Position numbers and translations under genes: made by a program
The notes under the pieces: model-generated
What the model saw: the letters and a program-made list of their open reading frames with translations, nothing else
Told to the model about the DNA's origin: nothing
Databases searched by the model: none
Part shown: positions 8,447 to 17,005 of the stretch, one piece after another
How positions within the stretch are numbered: the first letter of the stretch is position 1
How the letters are laid out: every line of letters begins with the position of its first letter
DNA from: Candidatus Aenigmatarchaeota archaeon
GTDB lineage: Archaea; Aenigmatarchaeota; Aenigmatarchaeia; Aenigmatarchaeales; JACQIB01
Direction of reading: 5' to 3'
Length of the DNA stretch: 64,000 nucleotides
Assembly (NCBI GenBank): GCA_016198755.1
Contig: JACQIB010000001.1
Location: 129,178 to 193,177 of the forward strand

Positions 8447-8975
8447 AAAAATCCTCCACACCTCTTAATATTATATGGTTTTTTATTATCTCTTTTATAA
8501 GATTTGAATCCAAATCAAAGTCGCCAATTTTCACCTTTATTTTTGAATTTGTAAACTCTATAGAATCCTTTACTTTTTTATTTTTCGTTTCTACGTATAT
8601 ATCTATATCACTTTCATTCTTTGCTGCAAATTTTGCATAGCTGCCAAATAAGATTATAAGATTCTCTTGGCATTCCTTCAGTAGGCCCTCTATTATAATA
8701 CCCAATTCAGGATACAACTTTACTAATTTTATTAAATTGTATCTTTCTGCATTAAAGACATACGTTTGGGCTTCTAAATTCTTCTTTAGATAAAAAACCT
8801 TGTTTTTACCTTCTTTCTTATAGTCTAAAACACAGCACTTTACTAAATTGTTTAATTTCCTCTCTACCGTTGAGTGAGATACCTTCAATTCCTTTGCAAT
8901 GCCCCTCAAGTGCATTCTCCCGCCTATAAGGCGGAGTATTATTTCGTATTCCATATTGTACCATTTTTGATACAT
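8415..8975 (-). CDS. wHTH plus minimal nucleotidyltransferase (MNT) antitoxin
   Basis: HLRGIAKELKVSHSTV HTH; ILFGSYAK...SDIDIYV NTase motif. Start inferred at the centre of the operator palindrome. Confidence 0.88.
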   Translation of the reverse strand: MYQKWYNMEYEIILRLIGGRMHLRGIAKELKVSHSTVERKLNNLVKCCVLDYKKEGKNKVFYLKKNLEAQTYVFNAERYNLIKLVKLYPELGIIIEGLLKECQENLIILFGSYAKFAAKNESDIDIYVETKNKKVKDSIEFTNSKIKVKIGDFDLDSNLIKEIIKNHIILRGVEDFYGKTRFFQQA

Positions 8976-8997
8976 ATGTATCATTATTGGTACAATA
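8954..8997. promoter_or_regulatory. Long inverted repeat (putative autoregulatory operator) over the MNT start
   Basis: TATTGTACCA-TTTT-TGATACAT|ATGTATCA-TTAT-TGGTACAATA; TATA-like TTTATATA immediately upstream on the minus strand. Confidence 0.7.
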
Positions 8998-9038
8998 CTA
9001 TATAAAGCTTATGTTTGTCAAATTAAAAGTTAAAAAGA

Positions 9039-9155
9039 TGGTCACAGCGTCTTTCGCTTCCCACGTTTTCCGCAGTACAACGAAAATCCCTGGCGCGATT
9101 CACTACCGTGTTCGGAATGGGAACGGGTCTTGCCGCGCCGGTTTGACCGTGACCA
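9039..9155 (-). rRNA. rrf: 5S ribosomal RNA (stand-alone, not linked to 16S/23S)
   Basis: Terminal helix UGGUCACGG/CUGUGACCA, loop C CCCGUUCCCAUUCCGAACACGG, loop E GUA/GAA; own TATA at about 9177-9183. Confidence 0.93.
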
Positions 9156-9261
9156 GTATTTCCTACACCCCCAAAGTATAAAAGCCTTAGCTTTTCCGAC
9201 TTTGCCGCTAAAGATATGCTTTTATAGATTGCTGTCCAATAGAGAGCAGTGAGAAAAATGG

Positions 9262-9474
9262 GTGGCCTACAAAAGTTCGGAAGAAAGAATATTGAACTTG
9301 CTTAGCTCCAGCCCCCGCTCCATTTCTGAACTGATTTCTTTAACAGGTGTTCCGGAAAGGACTTTGCGCTTCCATATTTCTGCACTCCGCTCCCGAAGAA
9401 TGGTTTGTGAGGGTTTTTCTGTTTCTGACAGAAGAAGGAAAATACTTTATTCAGGAGGTGCGAAAAATGGGTGA
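9262..9474 (+). CDS. Small winged-helix (ArsR-like) DNA-binding protein
   Basis: SISELISLTGVPERTLRFHISAL...DRRRKILY; GTG start. Confidence 0.75.
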   Translation: MAYKSSEERILNLLSSSPRSISELISLTGVPERTLRFHISALRSRRMVCEGFSVSDRRRKILYSGGAKNG

Positions 9475-10601
9475 GGAACGGAAGTTCTAGAACAGGAACA
9501 TATACTGGTGGCCCAGAGCTATTTTACAGCTTTGTTTCAGAACATGGATTTGACTATATTAAAAGGGAGGTTGAGCCTTTCATGCCAACATTTCCACACT
9601 GGATTGGCGTTGGTCCCTCAAGGAGAAAAATTGATGCTGTAACACCCTACAGGGATGACATGGAAAGGAACAGAAGAATAAAACCTTCTTCTGAAATAAC
9701 ACCTTTTTCTGTTAGTAGACAGGCTGCGAGGATATTGATTAATAGAATAGATGGAAAAATGGAAATGTACCCGCCTGCTGAAAGGATATGTGATATAAGG
9801 ATTCCTGTGGAGGAGACAGAGTTTACAGTCGGTGTTGCAGATGCGCTCTCAGAAGCCGGCTATATTATAGAGGCAATAAATCCCAATCTCTATACAATAA
9901 ACGGGAAAAACTATACTGTAAATGATTTCGGTAAAACATCGAGGTGTAGGCTTGCCGTATTCCCACAGCGCCAAAGGTTTTTGGCTCGTGTTTTTGAAGA
10001 TGTTATATGGAACCCGCAGGTAAGGCCCTTTTCCTTGCCTGCCCTAAGGGAAAGAATTGTCTCCCTTTCAGATTATGAAATACGCAGGGCTAGGATAGAA
10101 GATAGCGAAGGCATAGTATCTCTCTTGGAGCGGACATTTCCAGTATATGAGACATGCAATCTAAGGGAAACTATGCCAAGAATGATTGCTGATACAAGCC
10201 CTATAGCCCCTGTTGTTTATGCTGCTGTCCGCAAATCAGACAATTCTGTTGTTGCTACCTGCACTAATGAGCGCAATCCCTTCCATTTTGCAGAGCTTAC
10301 AGATGTAGCTTCTGATGCAAACGGCCTAGGCACAACAATATGCTACCTTTCCCTAGTGGCTGCAAGGGAATTGTATGGTGTTAGAAATTACTGGTCAGAT
10401 GATGTGTCCCATCCTTCCATGAACAGAGTTTCAAAACAGCTCGGCGCTGTTTTCTCTGGCATCCACCCCGTCCAAGTCAAAATAACAACCCGCCAGTTCC
10501 AAACAGACCCAAACCCAGTATACAGGCTCACAGAAACCCCTCGGGCTATGGATTTATTTGTCTGGACTGGTTCAACAGACTTTGAGAGAGTGTTGGTATG
10601 A
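9471..10601 (+). CDS. GNAT acetyltransferase, divergent beta-lysine N-acetyltransferase (AblB/YodP)-like
   Basis: LLERTFPVY, VATCTNE...FAELTDVAS and SMNRVSKQLGAVFSG resemble AblB LYxxVFxxYP, AEMTDFAT and GMNxxFxxLGYxYxG. Confidence 0.6.
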   Translation: MRNGSSRTGTYTGGPELFYSFVSEHGFDYIKREVEPFMPTFPHWIGVGPSRRKIDAVTPYRDDMERNRRIKPSSEITPFSVSRQAARILINRIDGKMEMYPPAERICDIRIPVEETEFTVGVADALSEAGYIIEAINPNLYTINGKNYTVNDFGKTSRCRLAVFPQRQRFLARVFEDVIWNPQVRPFSLPALRERIVSLSDYEIRRARIEDSEGIVSLLERTFPVYETCNLRETMPRMIADTSPIAPVVYAAVRKSDNSVVATCTNERNPFHFAELTDVASDANGLGTTICYLSLVAARELYGVRNYWSDDVSHPSMNRVSKQLGAVFSGIHPVQVKITTRQFQTDPNPVYRLTETPRAMDLFVWTGSTDFERVLV

Positions 10602-11266
10602 ACCTGACAGAAATACTGAAAAGAAATAGAGAGCAAATAGGCAGGATTTTTAATTTACAAAATGCCCAAAAGTTCTTTATCTTTGATTTTTCAGCTTCCA
10701 ACAAAGAACTGCAAACAATGGATATGGAAAATGCTCTACAGGCTGATCAGTATGTGAAAAATATTTTAAGGGAAAATTCAGCGGATGTTGGTATAGGGAA
10801 ATACGCTGAAGACAGGGTTATTTACAAACACTCCCCGCTCTTTGGAACAGCTCGCACAATACACTTGGGAATAGATATTTTCCTGCCTGCTGGAACAAAA
10901 GTTTTTTCACCTCTCCCAGCCACAGTACACAGTTTCCAGAACAATAGAGGTATAGGAGACTATGGACCTACAATAATATTGCAGCATGATCTAGAAGGAA
11001 TTTTATTTTTCACACTCTATGGCCATTTAAGCCTCGAATCTTTGGAAGGAAAAACAGTGGGGCAGAAAATAGCGCAGGGGGAAATTATAGGAAAGATAGG
11101 AACTCTGGATATAAACGGTAACTGGCCAGAACATGTGCACTTCCAGATAATTGCAGATATGCTTGGAAAGAAAGGGGACTTTCCCGGAGTATGTTCAAGG
11201 CAGGACAGAGAATTTTACTTAAATAATTGTCCAGATCCGAACCTTATTTTGAAGCTGCAGATTTGA
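10598..11266 (+). CDS. Peptidase M23 family metallopeptidase, no signal peptide
   Basis: HLGID (HxxxD), YGPTIILQH, LYGHL, NGNWPEHVHFQ (HxH); ATGA overlap with the upstream gene. Confidence 0.9.
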   Translation: MNLTEILKRNREQIGRIFNLQNAQKFFIFDFSASNKELQTMDMENALQADQYVKNILRENSADVGIGKYAEDRVIYKHSPLFGTARTIHLGIDIFLPAGTKVFSPLPATVHSFQNNRGIGDYGPTIILQHDLEGILFFTLYGHLSLESLEGKTVGQKIAQGEIIGKIGTLDINGNWPEHVHFQIIADMLGKKGDFPGVCSRQDREFYLNNCPDPNLILKLQI

Positions 11267-11272
11267 ACAAAG

Positions 11273-11445
11273 TGGTCCCGCGGGGGAGATTTTCACCCAC
11301 CCATAGGGAGAGGGTGGAGGGAGATACGCAGTTTCTCCTCCTTTGAACTCCCAGCCTCTCGATTTCTTTTTGAACGCAGACTAATCTGCTGTTACTAATA
11401 CGTAACCAGCTACAGTCGAGCGCTCCACCGTTGAGCTACCGCGGG
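11273..11445 (-). tRNA. tRNA-Tyr(GUA) with a 46-nt anticodon intron (37/38; 11364-11409) and a 52-nt T-loop intron (59/60; 11290-11341); CCA encoded
   Basis: CCCGCGG/CCGCGGG acceptor with archaeal C1-G72 and A73, CUCGA-CUGUAG|A-UCGAG, GGGAG-UUCAAA|U-CUCCC; T-loop BHB UUCA/UGAA. Confidence 0.92.
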
Positions 11446-11525
11446 TTAACTAAGAATTACACAGCAGGGGTTTAAATCTTATGCAGTGCAGCAATACCTT
11501 TGCAATTTTATTTAGAAAATCTGGT

Positions 11526-12899
11526 TTACTCCTCAACATCCACTTTCAGCTTCAGAGACTCCGGGCTTTGAGGATAAGGCATATCCACAGAGTTTGATCT
11601 CCTGACTATAGAAGAGCTGCCGCGCGTTCCTTTGACAACAGCAGAAGCAAGGCTTTCCTTTCTGCTGGCTCTTATTGTATAGTGCAAAACCCTTTCCTCC
11701 CCCCTTCTCAGGGTTCCAATCCTCCATAACAGTTCAGTTCCTTCCCCAATCTTGCGCACAACAGGTTTTGCAGTTTCAAATCCCTGCAGGCTCAAGAACC
11801 CATGTGGAACAACATCTCTTACAACAGTCCCATCCACTGGTCCTCCTTTGTTTAGAATATGAACTGTAACAGAATAATCATCTCCTTCTTTCCTTCTAAC
11901 ACTCTTGCTTACAACCAAAGCTGTCATTTGCAGATATCCTAATCCAGCTAAAGCAAGAGCCCCAGCCCCAGCAAGTGGAACAGGCCAGTAAAATTGTGAA
12001 TACTTTAATTCTGTTGACTGCCCTGGCTGGAGAGTTGCAAACCAGGTCCAGTCAGCTCCCTTTTGGTCAGGCTCTGGTCCAGAATAGCTTGCCCACCAGT
12101 TTCCTGTTGGAATATCGTTTATAGCAGCATTATCAGGTGCATTACCAGTGTTAGTTGCTCTCAATATTACCTCTGCCCCAAACAGGCTTGGAGTTACAAT
12201 TTTCTCAACCTTTACATTCTTTTTCACTGGAACTGTTATTGTTTTCTCAACTGTTCCTAACAAAAGCCTGTTCCCGTATAGCTCTCCCTTTACATTATAA
12301 TCCCCGGGTTTATACTCATTTACAAAAGAAGATCCGGAAAATACTAAACTCTCTCCCCTGAGCAAATCGCTCTGCCCAATCTCAACCTTATTATCCCCCA
12401 CAGTCAAAAACATAACAACATCCCTTATATTGGAAGTTCCGATATTCTCAGCTTCCATATTCAAAATAACTTCTCCTGAACACTCTGTGCAGCTAACAGA
12501 GGAACTTTTCAAAACTGCAACAGTTCTCCTCTGTAAAACATCCAGTAAAAATGTCTTTTCCTCACTTTCTTTTGTTGCCACATTCTCAACCTTTATAGCA
12601 TACCTGTAGGAAAAGGCTTTTGTATCTTCAGGTGGGGAAAAGTAGAACTTTATTGTAGCGCTTTTACTCCCGTCAATGAAAACATTTGCAGCTTCCTGTG
12701 AAATCCACTGTGCAGGAAATGCAGAAACAGAAAACCATGCTCCATCCCCGTTATTTGTTATTGTCAGTTCATGAACAGCTACATCCCCTGCGAAAATTTG
12801 ATCTAATCCTGGGAATGAAGTTGTAAAATCAGAGGCTAATACAGGGTAAGCTGAAAAGAAAAGTGCAAAAACCGCTGCAATTGACAATTTCTTGAACAT
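11526..12899 (-). CDS. Membrane-anchored surface protein with Ig-like domains
   Basis: Signal peptide, beta-rich ITNNG/AENIG/ATNTG units, a TM segment, and a C-terminal VRDVVP...LLWRIGTL...VLHYTI domain. Confidence 0.75.
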   Translation of the reverse strand: MFKKLSIAAVFALFFSAYPVLASDFTTSFPGLDQIFAGDVAVHELTITNNGDGAWFSVSAFPAQWISQEAANVFIDGSKSATIKFYFSPPEDTKAFSYRYAIKVENVATKESEEKTFLLDVLQRRTVAVLKSSSVSCTECSGEVILNMEAENIGTSNIRDVVMFLTVGDNKVEIGQSDLLRGESLVFSGSSFVNEYKPGDYNVKGELYGNRLLLGTVEKTITVPVKKNVKVEKIVTPSLFGAEVILRATNTGNAPDNAAINDIPTGNWWASYSGPEPDQKGADWTWFATLQPGQSTELKYSQFYWPVPLAGAGALALAGLGYLQMTALVVSKSVRRKEGDDYSVTVHILNKGGPVDGTVVRDVVPHGFLSLQGFETAKPVVRKIGEGTELLWRIGTLRRGEERVLHYTIRASRKESLASAVVKGTRGSSSIVRRSNSVDMPYPQSPESLKLKVDVEE

Positions 12900-12937
12900 A
12901 ATTACCAGCTGCTAATTGTTAGCGTAAGCTTATAAAT

Positions 12938-13399
12938 TTACTGCTTCCTTCTGGTTGCAAAATAAGCTATTACAAGCACTGCAATAACAAGCCCTATACC
13001 TCCCAAAACCAGCAAAAACATGCCTTGGAAAGCTTTTAGCAGGTCTTTTAGCCCGAAAACATTCCCAGGTATATCTGTCCCAGTACCCATGAATACAGTT
13101 GATAAAAAGTAAAACACTCCAACTCCAATTTCCAGCACTAAAAGCGTGTAAATTGCGGATTTTATACCTTCTCCTCCACTTGTAGCAGGAGCTGTAGTTT
13201 GGGTTTCAGTAGTGGGTACATGATCCAGGCAGAAAACCCCTTTATCAGTAACCCTTACACACTGTGTGCACACAGCTTTCCTGCAAACCTGACACTGCCA
13301 TTCAACAGGGTTTTTCCCGCAGCGTTCGCACAAAGCTGTAGTTTGTGTACCAGGTACAATAGCTGTTTCAGCCTCCCCAACCATAACCATTCTATGCAA
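12938..13399 (-). CDS. B-box-type zinc finger membrane protein
   Basis: CERC, CQVC, CTQC, CLDH followed by two TM helices. Confidence 0.75.
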   Translation of the reverse strand: MHRMVMVGEAETAIVPGTQTTALCERCGKNPVEWQCQVCRKAVCTQCVRVTDKGVFCLDHVPTTETQTTAPATSGGEGIKSAIYTLLVLEIGVGVFYFLSTVFMGTGTDIPGNVFGLKDLLKAFQGMFLLVLGGIGLVIAVLVIAYFATRRKQ

Positions 13400-13442
13400 C
13401 CCAAGTATAAAAGTTTATAAGTGTGTTAACATGATTTTATGT

Positions 13443-14135
13443 ATGAGAAATCTGTTTATTGGCGCGATTTTTATATCACTCTTGGTTGCCGGCTGTACAG
13501 CACAAACTGATGGAGGAACAGGAACCACCCTTCCAGTCCAAACAACAATATCTGTTCCAGTAACAAATCTGGCTTCTATAACACTGGAAAAGATAAATGA
13601 CAAACCAATTACTTTTAAAATAGAAAGCTCTGATAAGGATGTTTCAGCAAAGCAGTTCTATCCAGAAGTAAAGCAGGTTGCTTCAGCAGCTTTGCCTGGT
13701 TATTGCCTTGTTCGTGCTGCAGTTTTAGGTACAGCTCCAGATCCTGTATCAGGCAAGCTTACAGGAAAGGAAAGTTTATGGGACTATAGGTTTAATTCTG
13801 CTTCCCAGAAGAAATCCTATTTGATAAGAATAGATAGATGGGTAAAGTATGATAGCACAAATATATTGGCAAAGCCTGTTTTCAACGCATACAATCTTAC
13901 ATTAATAGAATTCCCAGGATATAATAATGCAGACTGTATGGATCTTGATAAGTATACAGACAGCACAACAGCAGCAGAAAAGTTCAGTTCATCCAAAGCA
14001 TACAAGCCAGATACCTATGTTATTGCAGCAGCCTTTGAGGATGGAAATAATAAGTGGATATTTGCTCCAAAAGGGAGCAATAACTTCGGGACTCAGTTTG
14101 TGGTAGACGGCCTCACAGGAGAATTGAAACCCTAA
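13443..14135 (+). CDS. Lipoprotein of unknown function
   Basis: Lipobox LLVAGC, Thr-rich linker; C-terminal VVDGLTGE is PepSY-like. Confidence 0.75.
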   Translation: MRNLFIGAIFISLLVAGCTAQTDGGTGTTLPVQTTISVPVTNLASITLEKINDKPITFKIESSDKDVSAKQFYPEVKQVASAALPGYCLVRAAVLGTAPDPVSGKLTGKESLWDYRFNSASQKKSYLIRIDRWVKYDSTNILAKPVFNAYNLTLIEFPGYNNADCMDLDKYTDSTTAAEKFSSSKAYKPDTYVIAAAFEDGNNKWIFAPKGSNNFGTQFVVDGLTGELKP

Positions 14136-14145
14136 ATTCTTTAAT

Positions 14146-14472
14146 TTAGTTCACACAAACCATACCAGTTACTGCCCCGTCTATAACTATATTATGGCAG
14201 CCAACAGCAGGTTTAAACCCATAGCAAGTTCCAGTTTTATAAACAGGACCAGTTTTAAGTTTACCAGCTTCTGTATCAGACAATTCAGTAACACAGTAGC
14301 TTTCGCACTGGCTTGAGTCAGAGCATACTTTTCCTGCATCTGATGCAGGCAGAACACCCCTGAAGTTTGGGTTAAAAGACGAGAAATATTTAGATCCCCC
14401 TTCCATAGCAAAGCCAACGCCCAACAATATTATAACCAAAGCTACCACAGCATACAGTATTCTATCTCTCAT
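14146..14472 (-). CDS. Small secreted or membrane-anchored Cys-rich protein
   Basis: N-terminal TM; DAGKVCSDSSQCESYC...GTC...GC...CV disulfide pattern. Confidence 0.75.
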   Translation of the reverse strand: MRDRILYAVVALVIILLGVGFAMEGGSKYFSSFNPNFRGVLPASDAGKVCSDSSQCESYCVTELSDTEAGKLKTGPVYKTGTCYGFKPAVGCHNIVIDGAVTGMVCVN

Positions 14473-14517
14473 ATAATATACATATAGTTTTTACAATATA
14501 AATTCCACTGTATAAAA

Positions 14518-16743
14518 TCACACTTTCATTTTGGACAATCTAAGAGAATTTGTGACAACAGAAACAGAGCTCAAAGCCATTGCAGCGCTTGCAACTATAG
14601 GATTCAAAAGCATGTATTTTCCAAGTACAGGCTCAAGGAAACCAAGGGAAACAGCTCCGCTAAGGAAGTATAAAGCTCCTGCAGCAATAGGAATTCCCAG
14701 AACATTGTAAATAAAGGCCCAGAACAGATTCTGGCGTATAATTCCCATTGTTTTCCTGCTCAGGTTAAGTGCAGTATATACTCCGTTCAGATCCCCCGAA
14801 ACAAGTGTTATATCAGAAGATTCTATTGCAACATCTGTCCCAGTCCCAATTGCAATACCCAGATCTGCAGCAGCCAAAGCAGGCGCATCATTTATTCCGT
14901 CCCCAACCATTGCAACCTTCTTTCCCTCCTTCTGTAACCCCCTTACTCTCTTTTCCTTATCCTGCGGCAGAACCCTTGAAAAAACCCTTTCAATACCAAC
15001 TTTCTTTGCTATAGCAGCAGCTGTTTCAGGCGCATCCCCAGTAACCATTATAACCTCCTTTCCCAGTTCCCTTAATTTCTTTATTGCTTCCACTGAACTA
15101 TCTTTTATTGTATCAGCAAACCCTATTATCCCAACAACTTTCCCATCAACTGAAACAAGGGAAACGCTCTTCCCTTCTTTCTGCAGTACACCAGCTTCTT
15201 TAGGTATTTTCCTGAAGTAGAGTTCACTTCCCACAACAACTTTCCTTCCTTTTACAGTTCCAATAACAGCCTTCCCAGGAACAGCTTTGAACCCTGAGAC
15301 AGCCAAAGACTTTGCTTTCATTTCTTTCGCTTTTTTAACAACAGCCTTTGCCAGCGGATGTTCGCTTTCACTCTCCAGTGCAGCAGCATAAGCTATTATT
15401 TCCTTTTCTTCCATTCCAACTGATATAATATCTGTAACAGCAGGCTCGCCCTTTGTTATTGTTCCAGTCTTATCCAGCAGCACAACATTTATTTTTCCTG
15501 CAGTTTCCAAAACTTCAGCACTTTTTATTAAAATCCCCTTCTCAGCCCCTCTTCCAGTTCCTGTAATTATAGCTGTTGGAGTTGCCAGTCCCATTGCACA
15601 TGGACATGCAATTATTAGCACAGCAATCATTGCTGTTAGGGCTACAGTAAAGTTTCCAACAAAAACCATCCATGCCCCAAAGGAAACTATAGCAATCAAA
15701 ATAACTATAGGCACAAATACAGCAGCTACCCTGTCCACAAGGTTCTGTATAGGCGCTTTAGAGCTCTGCGCCTCTTCCACTAATTTTATTATCTGTGCTA
15801 ATGCAGTTTCAGCTCCTATTTTTTCAGCCTCTATTTTCAAGCTCCCTGATTTATTTATTGTCCCTCCTATAACCTTTCCATTTTTCTCTTTATCCACAGG
15901 CAGACTTTCACCTGTTATCATGCTCTCATCCACAGCTGAAAACCCGCTCAGAACAATACCATCAGTTGGTATTTTCTCCCCAGGCTTTACCAAAACTATA
16001 TCCCCCTTCTTCACATCCTCTATCCTGACCTCAACAATTTTGTTTCCCTTAACCAAGTGGGCTGTTTTTGCCTGCAGTCCAATAAGTTTCTGCAAAGCTT
16101 CCGATGTCCTGCCTTTTGCCCTTGCTTCCAAGAATCTTCCAACCAAAATCAGTGTTATTATGGCAGCTGAAGTATCAAAATAAGTTCCTGTTCCCAATCC
16201 GGAGCTTTTAAAAAATTCAGGCAAAAAAGTTACAGCTAGGCTGTAAAAATAGGCAGCACTTGTTCCCACAGCTATCAGTGTGTTCATATCAGCTGTCCTG
16301 TGCTGAAGAGAAAGTAAAAAACCTTTATAGAACCTTAAACCAGACCAGAACTGCACAGGAGTAGCCAAAGCAAGAAGTATATAGTTTAAAATCCCTTCAG
16401 GCAATATCATAAAAACAGAAAATAAAACAATCGGTAGTGTTAGAGCAGATGAAACAATAACAAGTTTCTTTGTTTCTTCAATTGCTGCTTTCCTTCTCTC
16501 CTTTTCCTCATTCAGGCTTATTTCTTCCTTGATAACATCATACCCTATATCCTCTATAGCTTCTGCGATTTTGCCCAGAGAAGTCTTCCCGCTCTCATAT
16601 TCTATGGCAGCTTTTTCAGTAGCCAAATTAACAGAAACAGAACTTACCCCATTTACCCCCTTAACAGCCTTCTCAACCTTTGCAATACAGGAGGCACATT
16701 CTAGCCCTTTCACTGTTATTATAGCCTTTTCTTTTCCCAACAA
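14518..16743 (-). CDS. copA: Copper-translocating P1B-type ATPase
   Basis: CASC HMA domain, TGES, CPC, DKTGT, SEHP, GDGINDAP, YN and MxxSS TM motifs. Confidence 0.96.
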   Translation of the reverse strand: MLGKEKAIITVKGLECASCIAKVEKAVKGVNGVSSVSVNLATEKAAIEYESGKTSLGKIAEAIEDIGYDVIKEEISLNEEKERRKAAIEETKKLVIVSSALTLPIVLFSVFMILPEGILNYILLALATPVQFWSGLRFYKGFLLSLQHRTADMNTLIAVGTSAAYFYSLAVTFLPEFFKSSGLGTGTYFDTSAAIITLILVGRFLEARAKGRTSEALQKLIGLQAKTAHLVKGNKIVEVRIEDVKKGDIVLVKPGEKIPTDGIVLSGFSAVDESMITGESLPVDKEKNGKVIGGTINKSGSLKIEAEKIGAETALAQIIKLVEEAQSSKAPIQNLVDRVAAVFVPIVILIAIVSFGAWMVFVGNFTVALTAMIAVLIIACPCAMGLATPTAIITGTGRGAEKGILIKSAEVLETAGKINVVLLDKTGTITKGEPAVTDIISVGMEEKEIIAYAAALESESEHPLAKAVVKKAKEMKAKSLAVSGFKAVPGKAVIGTVKGRKVVVGSELYFRKIPKEAGVLQKEGKSVSLVSVDGKVVGIIGFADTIKDSSVEAIKKLRELGKEVIMVTGDAPETAAAIAKKVGIERVFSRVLPQDKEKRVRGLQKEGKKVAMVGDGINDAPALAAADLGIAIGTGTDVAIESSDITLVSGDLNGVYTALNLSRKTMGIIRQNLFWAFIYNVLGIPIAAGALYFLSGAVSLGFLEPVLGKYMLLNPIVASAAMALSSVSVVTNSLRLSKMKV

Positions 16744-16749
16744 AACCCC

Positions 16750-16950
16750 CTACAAAACCTTGTATCCGCTTTTTTCTATCGTTTTCCTTGCATTTTCATC
16801 TGTTCCTTCAACTTCAAGTTTGGCTTTCCCGCCCTTAAAACTGACCTCAGCAGATTTTATTCCCGTAGTCCTTAAAAGGGCTTTAGTAAGGGTTTTTGCG
16901 CATCCCTCGCAGTGCATACCTCCTATCTTCAGCTCTATTTTGTTTGACAT
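16750..16950 (-). CDS. copZ: Heavy-metal-associated (CopZ-like) chaperone
   Basis: GMHCEGC motif, 66 aa, directly upstream of copA. Confidence 0.9.
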   Translation of the reverse strand: MSNKIELKIGGMHCEGCAKTLTKALLRTTGIKSAEVSFKGGKAKLEVEGTDENARKTIEKSGYKVL

Positions 16951-16951
16951 G

Positions 16952-16972
16952 TCTAAATTTAGATATATCTAA
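16952..16972. promoter_or_regulatory. Two overlapping palindromes in the divergent copZ/regulator promoter (putative operator)
   Basis: TCTAAATTTAGA (16952-16963) and TTAGATATATCTAA (16959-16972), both perfect. Confidence 0.6.
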
Positions 16973-17005
16973 CTATTTAAATATATCCTATAATGAATAT
17001 ATTGA

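Noticed and set aside
8987-9181. 64-aa plus-strand ORF
   Set aside because: Antisense to the 5S rRNA gene.
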